From: Octopus vulgaris
Lineage: Eukaryota
Direction: 5' to 3'
DNA length: 64,000 nt
NCBI GenBank assembly: GCA_951406725.2
Contig: OX597819.1
Span: forward strand, 79,422,001-79,486,000
The translations under genes and the position numbers were made by a program. The stretch's first letter is position 1. Every line of letters begins with the position of its first letter. Below the pieces are notes generated by a model, which was given only the letters and a program-made list of their open reading frames with translations, did no database searches and was not told the DNA's origin. Of this stretch, positions 57,498 to 64,000 are shown piece by piece.

Positions 57498-57714
57498 TTC
57501 ATCGAACCGTGGCAGTTCGATTCTTGTACTAAATTGTGGTGTTGTTTTGTTAATTTTGTTTACTCCCCGATCAGTTCAGATCCATGAGACTGATGATTAC
57601 ATGTATTTCAACCCTTATTAATCTGCTACCTCTTTTGCTTTTCTGTTCTGCAGATGTAGCGTATCTAGCGTCTGTGGTTGACCGCTAACTCCATGTGTGT
57701 TTTTTTTTAAAAAA

Positions 57715-57865
57715 TTATCTCTATTTATTTCCTCGTGTTCCTTTCTGTTGAAAAGCGTAGGTTCGAAACGTAAAAGACTTTTTCACCTTCCCGAGCGTCA
57801 AATTAATACCTCTGCTTGTTGCCTATACACCTGTCTTCGTCTTTTGTTTTTCTGTAAATTTCATC
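57715..57865 (+). mobile_element. Penelope-like family P1 terminus, hammerhead at 57741-57776
   Basis: CTTT-CTGTTGA-A-AAGC-GTAG-GTTC-GAAAC-GTA-AAAG. Confidence 0.65.
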
Positions 57866-57914
57866 GACATATCGATGCCTGATTCCTTTTCCTTTTCTTT
57901 CTGTAAGACAGTAC

Positions 57915-58472
57915 TGTGTGATTTGAGGTAGACGGAAACTGAAAAAAATCCGTCGTATATATATATATATATATAGTTAATCCAAACAAGAAAACACAGA
58001 AAAAAAAACACACCAACGCGAGGACGTGGAACAATTAAAGTATTATTGACGCTCAGGAAAGAAGGGAAGGAGGGTTTAACGTTTCGAGCGGAGCTCTTCG
58101 TCGGAAACAAAGGAGAAGGAAAGATCCTGAGAAGGGAAAACAGGAAAAAAAATTTTTTGCTGGTGGTGCTCAAGAGATCACATGTTGGTATATATATATA
58201 TAATGTGTTTGTTTGTGTGTGCTTGTGTGTGTATATGTTTGTGTGCTTGTGTGTGTATATGTTTTTGTGTCTGTGTTTGTCTCCCTACAATCGATACTGG
58301 TGTGTTTACGTCCCCGTAACCTGGCGGTTCGGCGAAAGAGCCACATAGAATAAGTACTAGGCTTACAAAGAATAAGCCTTGGGTTCGATTTCCGCAAACC
58401 AAAACCCTGCAAGGCGGTGCTCCAGCATGGCCGCAGTCAAATGACTGAAACAAGCAATAGGTTAAAAGAGTA
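57915..58472 (+). mobile_element. SINE family A interrupted by a Penelope-like P2 fragment in its internal (TA)n
   Basis: SINE halves at 57915-57960 and 58195-58472. Confidence 0.8.
57976..58170 (-). mobile_element. Penelope-like family P2 terminus, hammerhead at 58074-58108
   Basis: Near-identical reverse complement of 34560-34765. Confidence 0.75.
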
Positions 58473-58575
58473 AAAAAAAAATGTGTGTGCGTGTGTGTTT
58501 GTGTATGCGTGTGTGTATATGTTTTGATTTAATCAATACTAACTGTACACATGTAAGTTAGATGTAATTGTTTAT

Positions 58576-58630
<55 letters not shown>

Positions 58631-59600
58631 TCTATACGTGCATGATTGTATGTAGGAATGTGTGTGTGTTGCTATGCATATTTGCCTCTGAATTTGTATG
58701 TGTGTGTGTGCTTCTATGGGGGGGGGTGTATTTGAATTTATCAAGGAAATGGTGATTTTTCTCTGTATGTGTTTGTGTATGTGTGTGTGTGTGTGTATAT
58801 GCGGGTGCGTGTGTGTGTGTTTAAGTATGAATATGTGTTTAAGTAGGTTCGTGCTTGTGTGAGTGTTTGACTGTGTGTGCGCGCGTGAGTGCGTATACAG
58901 GTTTGTGTCTGTGTGTATGTGTGCTTTTGTGTGTATGCGTGTGCGTGTGTGTATAATGTATGCTTCAATAAGCCATGTGGTGTTCGTCCGTGTCTATGAA
59001 TGCATGAATGTATGGATGTATATGTGTGAGTGTGCGTGTGTGTTTGTTTATGTGTGTGTGTAAGTATATATTTCAATAAGTCGTGTTGTATTGTGCGTGT
59101 GTGTATCAATGTGTATGTAAGTGTGGGTGCGGGTGTGTTTGTGCGTGTGTGTTCGTATGAGTGTAGCTGTAATTTGGTTTACATCGTCTGATGTATCAAT
59201 AACAATAATAGAAGTTCAAATAATTGAACTTTTTACTTATTACGCGTAAGTGGCTGAGTATCTCGCATAAACGTGTAACATTCCTGAACGTAATTCCCTG
59301 CCCACATTACTTGCATTTAAAATTACAGTCTGTCCAGCAGTATACCATAATACATACATACATACATACGTACATACGTACATACATACATACATACATA
59401 CATACATACATACATACATACATACGCACATGCATATATTTAAGCAGACATGGCTGTGTGGATAGAAGTTTGCTTTCCAATCTCATTGTTCCGAGTTCAG
59501 TTTCACTGCGCGTCACTTTGGGCAAGTGTCTTCTACGATAGCTCCGGGCCAATTGTGAGTTGTAGACTGAAAGGTAGTTGTAGACTGAAAGAAGCTGGTC

Positions 59601-59693
<93 letters not shown>

Positions 59694-59788
59694 CCAACCT
59701 ATCTGTCTGTCTGCTTGTCCTTCTGTCTGTCGGTATGTTTGTCTGTCTTTCTGCCTGCCTGCCTGTCTTTCTATCTATCTATCATCTA

Positions 59789-60070
59789 GTGAAGGCGCAT
59801 GGTTCAGTGATTAGAGTGTCGGGCTCACAACTATGGGGTAGTGATTTCGATTCTAGGACTGGGATGTGTGCTGTGTTGTGTTCTTGAGCAAGACACTTTA
59901 TTTCATGTTGCTCCAGTTCACGCAGCTGTAGAAATGAGTTGCGACTTCACTGGTGCCAAGCTGCATCAGCCTTTGCCTCTCCCTTGGATAACATCAATGG
60001 CGTGGTGAGGAGAAGCTGGTATGCAATTCCATGGTCCATAATCATTCATGATCGAAGGGCTTTTTACCCT
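59789..60070 (+). mobile_element. SINE family C
   Basis: GTGAAGGCGCATGGTTCAGTGATTAGAG..GTTGTGTTCTTGAGCAAGACACTTTA. Confidence 0.85.
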
Positions 60071-60608
60071 TTTATCTCTCTCTTTCTCTCTCTATCGCGT
60101 TCTCTCTGTCTCACACATATTCTGTCTCTCTTCTCTCTCTTTATCTATGCGCGCGCGTGTCCTTGAGCTTGCTTTTTCCCCCACCCCGTCGTAACCGCTT
60201 AGCAATAGGTATTGGTTTGCTTACGTTTCCGTAAATTAGCGATTTCAGCAAAAAGAGAGCTTTAGAATAAGTTCCAGAAATTAAAAAACAAACAAAAAAC
60301 TAATGGAGTCGATTTGTTCCATTAACCCTTGAAAGCGATGCCCCAGCATGGCCGTAGTCTAATGACTGAACAAATAAATGACTTATCTATCTATCAATCT
60401 ATCTATCTGAAAACACTCACACACAGACTCTCACCCACGCGCGCACGCACACACATACACACACATCACCGGTTGTCAAATGGTAGGGTGAGTAACTGAC
60501 ACAAAGACAAACACACATTAACACACACACACACGCACGCATACACACACGCACGCACGCACACACACACACACACCCACACACACCAACACACGCACGC
60601 ACACACAT

Positions 60609-60658
<50 letters not shown>

Positions 60659-60893
60659 TGGTGAAGTAGTAAACTGGACAAAACTGCACTTCTCTCTACT
60701 TCTAGCCTTGCCGCGATTGGTTCATCTGGTGTGTATCACCAGATGAACCCATGTATACATACATACATACATATATATATACATACATGTATATATATAT
60801 ACATATGTATATGTAAACATATATATATGCATGTATATATGTGTATATAAATACATATATATATATATACACCCATATATATATAAACATATA

Positions 60894-60960
<67 letters not shown>

Positions 60961-60981
60961 GTATATATATGTATATATATA

Positions 60982-61615
<634 letters not shown>

Positions 61616-61625
61616 ATGTATATTT

Positions 61626-61759
61626 TTTATTAATATTTAGCAGAAGTAACAGAGTGACCCAAGGTCCGAGAATTTCGTTCGTTGGCATTCATCAAAGTGC
61701 CAACGTACGAAACTTTCGGACCATGAGCCATTCTGTTGCTTCTGCTAAGTATTAATGAA
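61626..61759 (+). other. Long bulge-free hairpin (53-bp core, ~65 bp extended, 6-nt loop)
   Basis: 61637-61689 pairs with 61696-61748: 44 Watson-Crick pairs, 4 G-U pairs, 5 mismatches. Confidence 0.85.
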
Positions 61760-61839
61760 TAAACACACACACACATACACACACACACACGCACACATAC
61801 ACACACACACACGCACACATACACACACACGCACACGCA

Positions 61840-61950
<111 letters not shown>

Positions 61951-62205
61951 TTCTTGTTTCAGTCATGCTGGAGTACAGCCTTTAAAATTCTCAGTCCAAT
62001 GAATCGACCCTAGAAATTTTCTCATTAAAGTCTGGTATTTATTCTATATTGTTATTAAGCCGAACCGTTAAGTTACGGGGAGGAAAACACAACACCGGTT
62101 GTCAAATGTTAGGGTGAGTAACTGACACAAAGACAAACACACATTCACACACACACACACACACGCATACACACACACACGCACGCACACACACACACAC
62201 ACACA

Positions 62206-62286
<81 letters not shown>

Positions 62287-62450
62287 ACACACACACACAC
62301 ACACACATAAACGAAGGGCTTCTTTCAGTTTTCCGTCTACGAAATCAACTCACAATGCTTTGGCGGGCCGAGGCTACAGTAGACACCTGCGTAAGGTGCC
62401 ACGCAGTAGGACTAAACCTGGTACCATGTCCTTCTTACCACAAACCCATG
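61951..62450 (-). mobile_element. SINE family A, diverged, with expanded (CA)n
   Basis: Partial consensus match. Confidence 0.75.
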
Positions 62451-62619
62451 CCTGGTATGAGAGAGAGAGAGATGGAAAGTGAGAGAGAGGAAAAGAGAGA
62501 GAGACAGAGAGAGAGAGACAGAGAGAGAGTCAGAGACAGAGAGTGAGAGAAAGGGAGATAGATACATAGATAGATCGATAGAGAAAGCAAGATAGATAAA
62601 CAGATAGATAGATAGATAA

Positions 62620-62662
<43 letters not shown>

Positions 62663-62902
62663 AGGCGTGCGTATTTGTGTGTATTTGTGTGTGTGTGTAT
62701 CAGTGCTTCCTTTCCCCATGATGTTTCGCAGTAGTATCGAGCCGGTGACCTCTTATAAAGCGAACATGCTAACAACTGAACCATGTTTGAGTGTGTTTGT
62801 GTGTAAACGTGCAATTGTGTATGAGAGTCCATGTTTAGGTGTAAGCGTGACTGTGAAAGTAATTTCCGATGCACACTTGAGTGTATGCAAGTGTGAGTGC
62901 GT

Positions 62903-62938
<36 letters not shown>

Positions 62939-63259
62939 ACAAAAAGGGAGGAATTTCGATTATCCCCACGTTGTGGGTTGTAATATATGTAATATATGTA
63001 AGAAATTAAAGAAGGAAAATGCACCAATTACCTCATTTTAGGTTTTGTACTTGACTCATCATTCATAAACTCCACACACAACATGGACGAAAAATTTTTT
63101 CGTAAGAAAATACAGATTTAGATAAATTTTAATGTCATGAATAGCGAAAGCGAAACCTGTCGACAAACACAATACAAGATATATTAAAAATTATATTAAA
63201 ACTATGTAAAGTGTGTGCATTTTCCCTCTTTAATCCTTTTAAACACTAGTAAGAATATT

Positions 63260-63705
63260 GGTTTCATATTTTGAAATTTCGAGGGAGAGGTGTAAGTCGA
63301 TTACATCGACCCCCTGTACTCAACCGGTACTTATTTCATCCACTTCGAAAGGATGAAAGGCAACGTCGACCTCGGCGGAATTTGAATTCAGAACGTTTCT
63401 GCCAGCGCGCAATATAAGTATTCCTTTCTACTAAAGCCACAAGGCTTGAAATTTGTGGTGAGGGGAGTAGTTCATTACATTGACCCCAATGCTGAACTCG
63501 TAATTAATTTATCAACCCTGTAAGGATGAAAAGCAAAGTCGACCTCGGCGGAATTTGAACTTAGATCGTAAAGACTGACGAAATGCCGCTAAATGTTTTA
63601 GCCGGCGTGATAACGATTCTGTCTGTTTATCGCCTTCTCTAGTAGAAATATTAGCGAGATCGTAAGGATGAAAATAAAGTGGACATGTGCTGGAATTGAA
63701 CTCGG
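63260..63705 (-). mobile_element. Cluster of 2-3 SINE family B variants
   Basis: Repeated AAGGATGAAA..AAGTCGACCTCGGCGGAATTTGAA. Confidence 0.8.
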
Positions 63706-63966
63706 AAACAAAAATAGAAGAGTCCTAAAAACCACACTTGATTCTTCCTTTTTGTCGAACGTTCAAATCATACTGATATCGGTCTGTGATTAGCAGCAAC
63801 TTCTCGTAGAATTTTCAGTCGAACGGGTGGACCACACTACTTATGTCTTAAAAAGCCTCATATTTATTCTATATATCTCTTTTACTGACCCAGTACGTTA
63901 CGAGAACATAAACGCACTAACATCGGTTGCAAAGTGCTGTCGGACAACACTTCGCGCGCGCAAACA

Positions 63967-64000
<34 letters not shown>

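Noticed and set aside
57625-57700. Polypyrimidine tract plus CAG as a host exon acceptor
   Set aside because: No strong donor or recognisable coding frame; cannot be supported without RNA-seq.

Overview
AT-rich, microsatellite-saturated eukaryotic non-coding DNA (intergenic or intronic). The SINE repertoire, (TA)n/(CA)n/(TAGA)n density and LINE types point to a cephalopod, most likely Octopus; this is inferred from repeat content, not from a database search. No host protein-coding exon could be supported, and almost all listed ORFs are translations of microsatellites. The only real protein homologies are transposon relics: three RTE-clade LINE fragments, two CR1/L2-group LINE fragments, two R4/Dong-like fragments, two Penelope-like GIY-YIG endonuclease ends, a decayed mariner transposase and a maT/DD37D element. 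There are also MITEs and dozens of copies of four tRNA-derived SINE families. The most notable structure is a young, ORF-less array of a ~474-bp unit at 7407-9260, inserted in (TA)n and arranged as two divergent inverted arms. Each unit carries a type I hammerhead ribozyme with an unusually long stem II and a palindromic stem III, making it a candidate retrozyme (circular-RNA-producing element) mobilised by Penelope-like elements. About 15 hammerhead or hammerhead-like motifs occur in the window. Also notable are a covarying 3' stem-loop shared by a LINE, the main SINE and a third element, a 53-65 bp bulge-free hairpin at 61626-61759, and repeated fold-back duplications centred on (TA)n. All structures were paired by eye and element boundaries are approximate.
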